Shown piece after piece: positions 1 through 11,876 of a stretch of DNA of 64,000 nt. The notes below the pieces were generated by a model. The model did no database searches and had not been told where the DNA came from. It saw only the letters and a list, made by a program, of their open reading frames with translations. The translations under genes and the position numbers were made by a program. The stretch covers positions 224,380,001 to 224,444,000 of the forward strand of contig NC_058368.1 in the NCBI RefSeq assembly GCF_018350175.1. The letters are read 5' to 3'. The stretch is from Felis catus (Eukaryota). Every line of letters starts with the position of its first letter. Position 1 is the first letter of the stretch.

Positions 1-1245
1 AATGATCAGCCCAAGGATGGCACATGACTTAATGGGCTCCTGAAATTTAAAACAGGTGCATTCTGGTAGATTCCAATGAAGCTGGAATTATGGAACCTTT
101 AAATTCTGATGAGCCTTCTTTGCCAACAGAAGCAGTCCTTCTACCCCTACCTGAGAAGTTTAGCCCACCTTTGTCTGTAACATTTGTAATGACTTCTTCT
201 GAGGTATTTGCCTTTCTGGGCACTGCCAATTCCCTTCAGAGCCTGCCACCACCCTCCCTCTTTGCTTCTAGATGTATAAATAGACTTAAGTTCCAGCATT
301 CCTCAAAGAGTGAGCTATTTATGAAGAGGTCACCACATGTCATTAGAAACTGTGTGGTTTTTCCAGTTTATACGGACAGAAACCTGGAGAGTATATATGA
401 GAATGGATATTAAGGTGCGGGATTATGCTGTTAGGAATATAAAGATAAATCAGGCCGAAATTATTGATTGAGCCCACTAAGCAGCAATTCTGGATGTTTA
501 ATGGCTGGCAGAAATACGGGCTCAAAGGTGACCTACATTAAGTGGAACTGAAATGCCAAAACTACCCTGGTCTACTGTATCATAGGTTCAGGATAACTGG
601 AATGCAAGAGAACACATTCATGTAAGAACTTCTCACCCACCCTGGGAGACTCCAGAGGACACAACACAATTTCACCATTACGGTAAGAAAAATATTTCTG
701 AGACGACACCCACTGTGCTTTAGGAGCTCTATGGATGTTATTTTCAGCAGATCTGATATCACAGGGAAAATTCTACCATCAAAATCAATTGCTAAATGCA
801 GTGGGGATCATTGGAACCCAGAGTTTCAAGGACCAAATAATGCTACTTACTTGCCAAAGGCAATGTAGGTGTGGTTACTGTAGAGGGCAGCGGAGTCAAA
901 GCAGTAATCAGAATAGCCTAACTCGCAGAAACCTGTGGCATTGGCTAGTTGATCACGGTTTCCCTAAAAAGTGAAATAGATTGGGAATATACAACTGCTA
1001 ATTCTGTGTAAGTGGTATTACCTACTATTACTCTTAGTGATCGACTAGCAAAATAATAACATCTCTCATTATCACCATCTCCTGTGATGAAAAGCCTACG
1101 GAAAACTACAATGACCCAACTCACTCAGGAGTGCTAATGGCTCAGACCCTCAGGAATGAAGGCTTGTCTCATCCCATCAGACAAAGACCCACAGCCAACA
1201 GAGGTGCTTGAGGAGTGCAAAGGGAATATAGAATGAGTAGTAAAT
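1..1245 (+). mobile_element. ERVL (HERVL/MLT2-type) internal remnant: decayed gag joined to the 3' end of the internal region
   Basis: Gag-like tracts such as LFASRCINRLKFQ (ORF 90-413) and QSSNQNSLTRRNLWHWLVDHGFPK (ORF 735-974) resemble ERVL gag. 1060-1245 (cagaccctcaggaatgaagg...gaggtgcttg...aaagggaatatagaatgagtagta) resembles the 3' end of ERVL pol. Many stops and frameshifts. Confidence 0.85.
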
Positions 1246-1304
1246 ACTTGCTGTTGGAATTTCATTTTATACTCTAAAATTCACTTCAAAAATAAAGGAA
1301 GTTA

Positions 1305-1410
1305 GAGGCACCTGGCTGGCTCACTTGGTAGAACATGTGACTCTTGGTCTCAGAGATGTAAGTTGGAGGAATCTCAGGTGTAGATATTACTTAAAAATAA
1401 AAAAATAAAA
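1305..1410 (+). mobile_element. Short old Can-SINE (SINEC_old-like)
   Basis: tRNA-Lys-derived head gaggcacctggctggctcacttggtagaacatgtgactctt, ending gtgtagatattacttaaaaataaaa. Confidence 0.8.
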
Positions 1411-1636
1411 GGGGTTCCTGGGTGGCTCAGTTGGTTGAGCATTGGACTTCAGCTCAGGTCATGATCTCACTGTTCATGGGTTCGAGCCCTGGGTTGGGCT
1501 CTGACAGCTCAGAGCCTGGAACCTGCTTCAGATTCTGTGTCTCCCTCCCTCTCTGCCTCTCCCTGACTCATGCTCTGTCTCTCCAAAATGAATAAACATT
1601 AAAAAAATTAAAAATAAATACAAAACAAAAAAAAAT
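1411..1636 (+). mobile_element. Can-SINE (SINEC_Fc2-like)
   Basis: ggggttcctgggtggctcag head, CT-rich body, aataaa and A tail. Confidence 0.95.
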
Positions 1637-1637
1637 A

Positions 1638-1886
1638 AGGATGCTGGGGTGGATCAGTCTGTTAAGCATCTGACTCTTGATTTCAGCTCAGGTCATGATC
1701 TCACAGTTCGTGAGATCAAGCCCCAGGCTGGGTTCTGTGCTGACAGCACAGAGCCTGCTTGGGATTGTCTCCCTTTCTCTCTAACCTTCCCTGACTCACA
1801 CTTGTTCTCTCTCTCTTCCTCTCTCTCTCTCAAAATAAATAAACATTTAAAAAAAATAATAATAAAATAAAATAAAATAAATCAAT
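1638..1886 (+). mobile_element. Can-SINE (older SINEC_Fc3-like)
   Basis: Head with gactcttgatttcagctcaggtcatgatctc, CT tract, (TAAAA)n tail. Confidence 0.93.
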
Positions 1887-3104
1887 AAATAAAGGAAGCC
1901 TGAGTCAGAGTCAAGTAATTAGCTGAAACTTAGGTAACTATTAAGTACAAAATTCTAAAATGCATACCATGACTCTGTAGTTCCAATATGCATCTCTTGC
2001 TTAAAACAAAACAAAGCAAAACAAAACAAAACCCAGAAGTGCACGATTCATGCCATATTAAAATAAAAGGTGATGGATTTGTAGAAAAACAAATCCTTAA
2101 GGGGAAAAGAAAACGAGCATTTTGCTTGAGTTCATATCGCTGTTAGCTATATTAGTGATTGGAACTGGCCAATTACGAAGCGGATGAAAAAGCTTACAGA
2201 GCGCTGAAGGTAATGTAATTCCCCAGCATTTTGTCATAATAATCAAAGCATGGACTTCTATGATGGCCCAGCTTAAATGTGAGGACAAACACCAAATTGA
2301 AGGAGTCCCCCACAGAGAGCAGAGTAGGACACTTAAATGTCACACGTTGTTGATTGTATGAACAACTTACAGCAAAGGATTTTTAGAAGAAAATTAGCAA
2401 ATAATTATGTATTGAGGCTTTTGAACTTCTAAAGCCAAAACAGCCTGCTGCCTCCTATCAGCCCAAGCGCCAGAGCCTCTAGGGCGTATTACACTTCTGC
2501 GATTTGAAAATGAGTATTGTAGAGAGGGTTAATGACTTTAAGAATAGGGACAATGATTGAGATCTACTTTTCAAAGGCATCTGTGTAAAATTATTAGCAA
2601 AGAGTAGATTTCATGTACTTTAAAACGCTGATGGAGAGAAATTAGTTGGAGAAGTTTTAGGAATCAGGAAAATAATGGTCTGTAGTTGTGTCAGTAGTAT
2701 TTTCCATTCAATATTAACTAAGACCCAACTGTACAACCTAGTATCCACTCTACTCTCTTGACTTAGCAAAACCAACTAAATGCAGGCTGTGTTTATGTTT
2801 CCAAAATCCCCCTGTCAATGGGTCTCCATGGACCTGAGAGAATACAGGTAGCTACAATTATGAAGGACAGATACATTATCTCTAATCACCTGGATACTGT
2901 AACTGTTTATTTGGAAATACATGCTTGCTTACCCTATTTCTTAGTGCTTTTCCCATGCCAAAAAAAATCCATTATTCACATTGTGTCTACTTCACAGTAA
3001 TGCTATCTCTATACCTTTGTAAAATTACATTTTTCTTAATGATACGCTACTAAAAAGCAATTACAAACACAATTTTAAGCTCTTAAACACTACAAATCAT
3101 GAAC

Positions 3105-3290
3105 ACGAGAGCTTTACATTTATAAACTCCTTTAACTTTTACAGTATTTTTAGAAGGTGGGTGCCATCATATTCTCATTTCAACCGATGAAATCTTGAGT
3201 AAATTTCCCAAGACTACATGGCTAATAAGAGACAAAAACAAGGATTTCAGACCCACTTGGTCCAAATTGAAAGGTTCTGCTTTTCAACTC
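3105..3290 (-). mobile_element. MIR fragment
   Basis: Diverged reverse MIR core (attctcatttcaaccgatgaaa...aaatttcccaagactacatggctaataag...ggatttcagaccca). Confidence 0.5.
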
Positions 3291-3930
3291 TTTTCTACCA
3301 GTAATCATTATTCAACCAAATGATAATATTGACATGGTTAAAGTATTATGAAAATCATTCAAAACTTTAAGAGTTTGATTTAAGAAATTCAAATACACAT
3401 TTGCAGTGTGAACTTTGCTGTCACTATATTGAGTTGCCGTGTGTCACCGTAGTAAAGCCTAAAGAAGATACTCCAATGTCCAGGCTCTCGTCAATGACTT
3501 ACATACAAATACTTCTTCTTGTTTGGATTTATTAAAATAAACTGGGCATTATTTGCCCCTGGTGATACTGAGAAAACTAATGGTGAGTGTCCCAATGAAG
3601 GATCATTTGGATGTAATTAATGAAATTTGTTCAGACTACCTTAATAATAGCATTTTATTCTGAGAAACACAAGGACATTAATTACAAACAAGATTCTTCA
3701 GGTTTAGAACAGAATACAAAAGCAGTATTCAAATCACAGAGTATCTTTATCTCATAGTCACCACTTGGCTTTTTCTCTGCCTTTTAGTTTCATTTTATCC
3801 TCCATAGGACCAACATATTTTTTGCCATGCATATAGTAGAAAATGTGTGTCTCACTCATTTTGGGTTCAAATGTCTTTGTTCAAGAAATCAACAAAGACC
3901 AACTTAAGTTGCAAATTCCCAAACAAGAGA

Positions 3931-3931
3931 T

Positions 3932-3966
<35 letters not shown>

Positions 3967-3984
3967 TCTATTTATTTATTTATT
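3931..3984. repeat. (TTTA)n microsatellite
   Basis: Read directly; one TCTA interruption. Confidence 0.95.
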
Positions 3985-4886
3985 GCTTTGGGAGGGGGGG
4001 TTTCTTGGTTTATTTTGTTTTGTTTTGGTCAATGTTTATCTCTCATCCAATTGGTCAGGTAAGTATCCACATAGTAAAAACTAACCTTCCTGGAACCACC
4101 ATAGGAACTAAGAGAAAGAGTGTCTAAATCTGCAAAACTTGAATGCTACTGGTTTATTTAAAAGTGCATTGTGAAGAAGACTTTCTAGAGAAATTTGCCA
4201 ACAGAGAGCTAGATATTGAAATTGTGGACCAACTCAGGACTTTCTGTGTAAACTAATATACCACCTTGTTCAGGATATCTTAAAGAAAATAGAGTTTGCA
4301 ATGATACTATTCTAAAAGAAACATTTTTTTAAAAGTATTCTGCAGCTATTTACTTAAATTGTTATATATTTTTTCTCTTGAACAAATCCAAAAGTCCATG
4401 GAATTAATCTAATTAAATACTTAAAGGATAATGCCCATTGCATATTAAATTTATTTTTCTTAGATTTTAATGTATATTTTTTCACTCTTAATCAGAGGTA
4501 ATAAAGTCAAATGTTTCTGGGGACCAAGAATGCAGGATAGGTGACTGAATCAGTCTGCTGTAACAAAACTGGGAGTGGCAAATCTTCGGTCAATTGAATG
4601 ATCTCTGGCTAAGCAAAGAACATGGATAGAACAGATGAAACCCCTATTCCCCAAGTTCTTTCTGTTTGCTCTGAAGAGTGATGTTTAAGTTGTATTTCCA
4701 ACTAAGTCCATTAAAATATATTTTGTCTATATATTCAATTAAATGTGAGGGAGAGGTAGAAATATAACCAAGATGAAACAAAGTAAAAGACCAACATCAA
4801 CATTCTGAAACAAAACAGATACATGAAGAGAAAATGTTGGCATCTTATGTATCCTAGGCATCTATCATTCAAATAAAGAGAGAACG

Positions 4887-4960
4887 GAAAGAAGGAAGGA
4901 AGGAAGGAAGGAAGGAAGGAAGGAAGGAAGGAAGGGAGGAAGGAAGGAGAGAAGGAAGGA
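4887..4960. repeat. (GGAA)n microsatellite
   Basis: Read directly. Confidence 0.95.
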
Positions 4961-4974
4961 AGGGGTAAAGGAAG

Positions 4975-5345
4975 GTCAAAGAACTCATGGAAACAGGCAA
5001 TAGATGACAGAATGTGGTTACCAGGGCCTAGGTGGGTACAGAAATGGGGATGCTGGTCAAAGGTAAAAGCCTTCAGTTGAAAGATGTATAAACTCTAAGG
5101 ATCTAAAAATACATCATGGAGATGACAGTTAGTAACACTGTGTTGTGTCCTTGAAATTTGCTAAGAGAATAGACCTTAAGCATTCTCACCACACTCATAC
5201 ACACAAAAAAGGTAACCATAGGTGATGGATATGTTAATTAACCTCATTGTGGTGATCATTCACAAAGTATATCTAAGTCAAATCATCACATATTACACAT
5301 TAAATATATACAATTTTATTTGTCAATTACACCCTGAAAAATAAT
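4975..5345 (+). mobile_element. Old L1 3' UTR fragment (L1MA9/L1MB-like)
   Basis: gtggttaccaggg...cttgaaatttgctaagagaatagaccttaagcattctcaccac...gtgatggatatgttaattaacc...tatatacaattttatttgtcaattac. Confidence 0.85.
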
Positions 5346-5719
5346 ATATCAGCATGACAGGAAAAGCATTCTTTTATATATATGGATAGAACTGCCAAAT
5401 AGTGAATATGACAAACAACTAAACTATTTACTTCAATATAATGGAATGGAATTGGGAAGCGGAATGTAAAGATACAGAGGAAGTCTGTATTTTTTGAAGG
5501 AAGCGTACATGCTAAGTGTCATATTTGATGGAGAGGGTGTGGGCACTCAGTTCCTCTGTGCTTCAAATTTTCTGGAAGTTGAAATATTTAATAATTTATA
5601 AAGTAAATGAAAAAATATATAAAAGGTATACAATATGTATGACATGATAGATTTCAATATATTTATTACCATATTATTTATATAGTTTCCACTGCACTTT
5701 TGCCTGTTATCCTTATTTA

Positions 5720-5915
5720 AAATTTTTTTAATGTTTATTTATTTTTGAGAAGAGAGGGGGAAGGAGGGGCAGAAAGAGAGGGAGCCACAGAATCCAAAGC
5801 AGGCTTCAGCCTCTGAGCTGTCAGCACAGAGCCCAATGTGGGGCTTGAACTCAAGAGTGAGATCAAGACCTGAGCTGAAGTCGACATTTAACCGATTGAG
5901 CCAGCCAAGTGCCCC
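5720..5915 (-). mobile_element. Can-SINE
   Basis: Reverse-complement SINE: poly-T, atgtttatttatttttgaga...gagccagccaagtgcccc. Confidence 0.93.
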
Positions 5916-6627
5916 AATATTAGTTGTACTTCGAATTGAAGCTGAGGGAAAACAATTTAAGACCAAATGAATCTCAGTCAACTAATCCTCCGACCTTCTT
6001 CCAGTCCTCTTAAAACTGCTTATTTCAGTTGGTTACCAACTTGATATGGATTCTACATCATCTTTCTCCCTTTCTGAAGAAATCCCTTATAGTCATACAT
6101 AGTTCTAGATAGATGGGAAAAGAGGGTTCAAATATATTCACGCCCAATTGATATTTAAGTGCTCAGAATTGCCAGGTATTGTGTTCAGTGATAGAACATT
6201 GCATGTGTTTTTAAAAGCCAGTGAGAGATAATATCAAAGACAAACACCCAAATATCAATATGTAGTGTTTTCCATAGTAAATCATTTACTATTACTGGTG
6301 GGCCAATTTCATCTACATAGACTACAGGAGCAATATTGAAAATAAAATCTGATTAGACACTTGCAGATAACATAGGAGAGGTCAGAAAAAAAATATCAGA
6401 AGCAATTATGTAATCATACATATTTTTTAAATATACGGTGATAGGATGTCAAACAGAAAGTTAAAGCTATACAAATAACATATATGTGTATATATATCAT
6501 GCTCACAGAGACTAAACCCAATTCTGCTAATTTGAAATCTTGTGTTGAATAATTAACTAAGAAGACCTCCCATTGACATTCAAGTGGCCCAGTGATGAGA
6601 ATTGATATCGGAAATCTAACCATGATA

Positions 6628-6815
6628 GGGCACCTCCATGATTCAGTCATTAAGCCTCCAACTTCGACTCAGTCATGATCTCAGGCTTTGTGAGTTCCAG
6701 CCCTGTGCTGGGCTCTCTGCTGTCAGTGTGGTGCCTGCTTCAGATCCTCTGTCCCCCTCTCTCTCTGCCCCTCCCCTGCTTGTGCTCTCTGTTTCTCTCA
6801 AAAATAAATAAACAT
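6628..6815 (+). mobile_element. Can-SINE whose tail expanded into a microsatellite
   Basis: SINE body; TSD gaaatc(t/c)aaccatg at 6611-6624 and 6962-6975. Confidence 0.92.
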
Positions 6816-6824
6816 GAAAGAAAG

Positions 6825-6862
<38 letters not shown>

Positions 6863-6909
6863 GAAGGAAGGAAGGAAGGAAGGAAGGAAGGAAGGAAGGA
6901 AGGAAGGAA

Positions 6910-6963
<54 letters not shown>

Positions 6964-6965
6964 AA
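6816..6965. repeat. Compound (GAAA)n(GGAA)n(GAAA)n microsatellite
   Basis: Read directly, about 150 bp. Confidence 0.97.
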
Positions 6966-7529
6966 TCCAACCATGGTATAGATGAGACCTTTATAGTAAT
7001 GAGAACTTTCAGTGACCTCTAAGACAATTTCCCACAATCATCTTTTCTCTATTTAAATGCAGTTGCTCCATATTGAGATGTCAGTTGCCCAACTCATTAA
7101 GTGCACTGCAAACTGCTAATAAGTTCCTTTTTAATTAATGTGTCTCAGCATCAGAAGATAAAGAGTTCAAGAACAGCATTCCCAGAGGAAATTGTCTGAT
7201 CATGATATTTAGCACCAAATCCCACATTTATTACCAGAATGAATAAAAAAGTGTGTATTCTAAAAAATACAATTTAACCCATTATTATTATTGTAGGTTT
7301 CATAGGTTTTCTGCCTTGAAATGACCTAATCCAAGTAATTTATTGTTTCCAAATTTCTAATTAAAGAAGCCACCCTGTATTTTGTCACTTTGACTCACCT
7401 AAGCATTACAATTAGTATCTGAAAAAAAAACACAAGGAAACTTTACATCATTTTAATATTTAGAAACAATAATTTTAATAATAACCACAACATACATAAT
7501 ATTCATAATAGGTGCTAACTCTTATTAAA

Positions 7530-7725
7530 ACTTTTTATCAACAAATGAACTGATTGCTTTACATTTTTGACTGATTCAATCCTTATACAAATCCTGTTAA
7601 CTAAAGGTAATTATTATTTGTTTTTTATAGGTAGAGAAATAGACTTGCTCTAAGTGACACTGCTCTCAAATGTGGTACTAAAATTAAAACCCAGACTGTG
7701 TCTTCCAGAGCTGTGCTTTTTTCTT
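7530..7725 (-). mobile_element. MIR fragment
   Basis: tttataggtagagaaatag...acttgctctaagtgacactgct...attaaaacccagactgtgtcttccagagc. Confidence 0.5.
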
Positions 7726-7864
7726 CCTTACTATTTTTTCCAGTCCATTAGCATTTTATCAAACTGAAGTCTGAAGCTATAGGATGTACTTATCGGTAAT
7801 GGCTACATTTCATGGTAGGTGGATGGTGGTGACTTGGGCTTATTTTCTACATGCAAATTACTTA

Positions 7865-8868
7865 TGGTTGCAGGAGAAACCATAAATATACAGGGAGGAG
7901 GTTAAACAGTACCTTGACCAGATGACCAAAATAAATGTCTTCAAAAAGGTACATACACGTGTGGCTTCTTAATGTCTTACCATGAAAATGACACTATGAC
8001 CTATGTGGAGTATTTTGGTTGAGGAAGGAAAACTTATTGAATAAAATAAAGAGAAATTACTAACAAACTCAAACTGAGACATTTTATGTAAAAAGAAGAT
8101 GGGCTTATTATTTTTAAAAAATAACCTCAAAAGAGACCAAGAAATATTAATGAACTATTTCCAATTAAAGGAGATTAAAGAGAATTGATAACTAAAGGCA
8201 ATACCTGATTTTAGACTTGATATTATAAAGGAAGAGAATATTACTATGATGGATAGCATTTGTCGATGACCAAATCGGAATATGAATGGCCAATTAGGTC
8301 AAACCAAGAGACAGTGTAACTAAAATTAGTCACGTGGGTGTTCCATGCCTAAATTATTGACGCCCAGTGAAAATACTCCACATCAGGGTTGAGTCAGTTT
8401 ACCTGGTTGCCAATACTTTGTACATGTTATTACACATTGTTGCCAGGAGAATGAAGTCCCGTCTGACTTCACCGACTTCACTGGGAGAGAACGACTGGAC
8501 AACTGTGCCTGGGCTTTCCTGAACTCCATCCCACATGCCTTTTTCCTTTGCTGATTTAATTTGTATCTGTTTGCCATACAAAACGCTAACTGTGAGAATA
8601 ACAGCTTTTCTCAGTTCTGTTAGTCCTTCTGGTGAATTCTCAAACCAGAGTGATCCTGCGGTTCGCCAAAACACTTAGAAAATAGACACTAACATGTTTG
8701 GCTATAAAAAGGCATAATATCCATAAATTATTTTCAAAACTATTCACAAATAAACACATGTATGTTTATATATGCATATAATGCATTTATGTATATTATT
8801 GTGAAAATTATACTTATATGTATATATGTTTGAATCAATGCACGTAGAGAAAAAGAGAATGATAAAGA
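7865..8868 (+). mobile_element. Old L1 3' region (L1MC4-like), interrupted by a MER21-like LTR
   Basis: accttgaccagatgaccaaaataaatgtc...ccaattaaaggagattaaagaga...; resumes at 8674 with cttagaaaatagacactaac and ends agagaatgataaag. Confidence 0.7.
8320..8673 (+). mobile_element. MER21-like LTR fragment (ERVL class)
   Basis: ctgggagagaacgactggacaactgtgcctggg...cttttcctttgctgatttaatttgtatc...gtgagaataacagcttttctcagttctgttagtccttctggtgaatt, ending in CA. Confidence 0.8.
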
Positions 8869-8929
8869 TTATCTCTTATGTTTTCCCTTCAAATTTTAAA
8901 GTTTTATTTAATGTACCTACTTATGACCT

Positions 8930-9480
8930 ATTTTGAAACCACTGAAGAGTGTACAAATGTTCCAATTTTTTTCTCATCCTTTCCAAGACTTGTCCTTTTT
9001 TTTTCTTTTTCTTTTTCTTTTCTTTGACAGTAGCTTCCTTAATAGGTGTGAAACAGTATTTAATTAAAGATATTAAATATGTTTCCCTAATTATTAATAG
9101 TGTTGAACATCTTAACATGTGCTTCCTGCTCATTCATACACCTTATTTATATATCTTTTTTTTTTTTTGCCCATTCTTGAAACAGATGATTTTACTGTCA
9201 TTCAGTTTTAAGAGTATTCTATATATTCTGGATGTTAGTCCCTTATCACATATATGATATGCAAATATATTTCTCATTCCGTGGGCTGCCTTTTCACTGT
9301 GTTGGTAGTATCCTTTGGTGCACAGAAGTTTGTAATTTTCATGAAGTTCAACTTGCCTATTTTTTTTCTTTTGTTGCCTCTGACATTGCTGTCATATATA
9401 ATAAGTCGGTGTCAAATCAATATTGTGAATACCTCTGTTTTATGTTAAGGATCTTATACTTTTTAAATATTTATTTATTT

Positions 9481-9534
<54 letters not shown>

Positions 9535-10000
9535 CACACGAGCTGGGAAGGGGCAAAGAAGGAAGGAGAGAATCCCAAGCAGGCCTCATGCTGTCAGCAC
9601 AGAGCCCATGGGGCTTGAATTCACGAACTGTGTGCCCATGACCTGTGCCTAAATCAAGAGTTGCACATTTAACTAACTGAACCACCCCGAAGCCCCAAGA
9701 TTTTATAGTTTTATTAATTACTTTATGGTCTTTGATCTAATAAATTAACTCTTATATGTGGTGCTCAGTCAGTGTCCCACTTCATTCTTTTACCTGTGGA
9801 TGTCCTGTTTTCCCAGCACCATTGACTGAAGAGACTATTGTGTCTCCATTGATTTATCTTGGCACCCTTGTTAAAAAACCATTTGACCAGATATGTGAGT
9901 TTTCTACATATTAGATCATATGATCTATGATCAGAGATAATTTTACTTCTTCCACTTTGATTCAGATACTTTTTCATTCTTTCTCTTCCTTAATTTCTCT
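8930..10000 (-). mobile_element. Old L1 ORF2 3' region fragment
   Basis: Minus-strand peptide FNKGAKINQWRHNSLFSQWCWENRTSTGKRMKWD (ORF 9765-9977) resembles the L1 ORF2 C-terminus; typical reverse L1 tracts. Confidence 0.88.
9461..9696 (-). mobile_element. Can-SINE inserted in L1, with (GA)n tract
   Basis: Reverse SINE ending aaccaccccgaagcccc. Confidence 0.92.
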
Positions 10001-10489
10001 TCTCCTATATTGTTTCTGCTGTTATTGGCTTTGATGTTTGTTTTGCTTGCTTTACCTTGGCTGGTTTATACAACCAAGGTGTCTGTGAATGAACATATCC
10101 TCCAGTATCCTTTCATTGTTGTAGTATCCTTGATCCTCTTGCAATGACACCCGGTATCATCAATTAGTAGTTGAGTTGGTTTAAGCTTGTCAACTCAACT
10201 GCACATTTCTCATCTACCATTCTGTCAGTTTCGCTTATTTCTGGTTCTATTTTTCCTTAAGATATGAATTATGATAAGCTCAGTTGAGATGCTTTTTTTC
10301 TTGGTTTGCCCATTGATCTCTTTTAAAGCTACTAAAAAAAGAAGTTAAACTGTGCTTTAATAGATCATAGATATAGCATCTATTATGTCCTGTTTGACTT
10401 TTAGGATTATTAATGCCTAAAATTAATATATTAGTGGTATCTCATAGTAGCTTAAATATGGGCTATACACTTAAAATATTGTTGCCATA

Positions 10490-10616
10490 GGGGCGCCTGG
10501 GTGGTTTGGTCGGTTAAGCATCTTATTTTTGATTTCAGCTTAGGTCAAGATATCACAGTTGGTGAGTTTGAGCCCTGCATTGGGCTCTGCACTGGCATTA
10601 TGGAGTCTGCTTAGGA

Positions 10617-10653
<37 letters not shown>

Positions 10654-10715
10654 TCTCTCTGCCTTTCCCCTACTCTCTCTCTCTCCTCTCTCTCTCAAAT
10701 TAAAGACATTTAAAA
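10490..10715 (+). mobile_element. Can-SINE
   Basis: ggggcgcctgggtgg head, (CT)n; degenerate TSD aaaata..t(g/t)ttgccat. Confidence 0.93.
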
Positions 10716-11370
10716 ATATATTTTTGCCATTGTAAATTAATTTTTATATTCCTAAAAGAAGTAAAAATTATAATAACTAGTCTAGAATAACCACAAAGAA
10801 AAGAAAAAAAACAACAGAAGGAGCCTGGAAACTTGCATTAGATTCTTTTTTAAGTTATATTTATTTTCCATATAAAATGTGCCTTGGTTTTTGATCCATC
10901 CATTTATTGAGCAAATATTTGTTGAGCATCTTTCAGGCATGACACTCTAAATATTGGAGGTAGCATGTCAAACAATGCAATAAGATCACGTTTCACATGT
11001 GTGCTTTCTGTTAGTTGAGGGGGCAACCAAAAATCAATTAAACATGGAAATATGACTTGCAGTCCAAATTCTGTAAATACAATTTAAAAGGTGAATGAAA
11101 TAACATCAACAGAGGTCATCATCATTAATTTAGAAAAGCCATAATACATCCAAGTGGCATCTCTGTGAGGAATCCAGTGAGCTCTAACCTGACTGGAGTC
11201 AAATGTCACATCATGCAAAGATGCAGAAAATGACTTCAGCGGTTGAGCCAGCAAGTACAAGGGTCCTGAGGTAGGAATATGCTTCATACTGTCAAGCAAC
11301 TAAAAGAAAAATGTAACTTAAGTGTTGTTAAAGTGGAGGAGCGTGTTACTAATTGAAAATAGAGTAGTAA

Positions 11371-11529
11371 GGGGCACCTGGGTGGCTCAGTCGATTGAGC
11401 GTCTCACTTTGGCTCAGGTCATGATCTCGCGGTTCCTGAGTTCGAGCCCCGCGTCGGGCTCTGTGCTGAGAGATCAGAGCCTGGAGCCTGCTTGGGATTC
11501 TGTGTCTCCTTCTCTCTACCCCTCCCCTA

Positions 11530-11585
<56 letters not shown>

Positions 11586-11607
11586 AATAAATAAACTTAA
11601 AAAAAAA
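11371..11607 (+). mobile_element. Can-SINE
   Basis: TSD gaaaatagagta(g/c)taa at 11355-11370 and 11608-11623; long (CT)n. Confidence 0.97.
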
Positions 11608-11680
11608 GAAAATAGAGTACTAAAAATTAAGTGAAATTAAAATTCTGATAAACCAAAATCCTTAATATTCTGAAAGCCAT

Positions 11681-11876
11681 TTTTAAAGTTTATTTATTTA
11701 TTTTGAGTGAGAGAGAGAGCAGGGGAGGGGCATAAAGAGAGGGAGAAAGAGAATCCCAAGCAGGCTAGGCTCCATGCTGTCAGCATAGAGCCCAATGCTG
11801 GGCTTGAACTCACAAACCATGAGATCAAGATATGAGCCAAAACCAAGAGTCAAATGCTTGACTGACTGAGCCACCC
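11681..11876 (-). mobile_element. Can-SINE
   Basis: Reverse SINE flanked by tctgaaagcca(t/c)tttt repeats at about 11669 and 11877. Confidence 0.93.

Noticed and set aside
2465..2490. Possible CTCF site gcgccagagcctctagggcg
   Set aside because: Only a partial match to the core motif; cannot be supported without a PWM scan or ChIP data.
6675..7037. KERK-rich and FLSF-rich ORFs
   Set aside because: Read-through of the GAAA/GGAA microsatellite.
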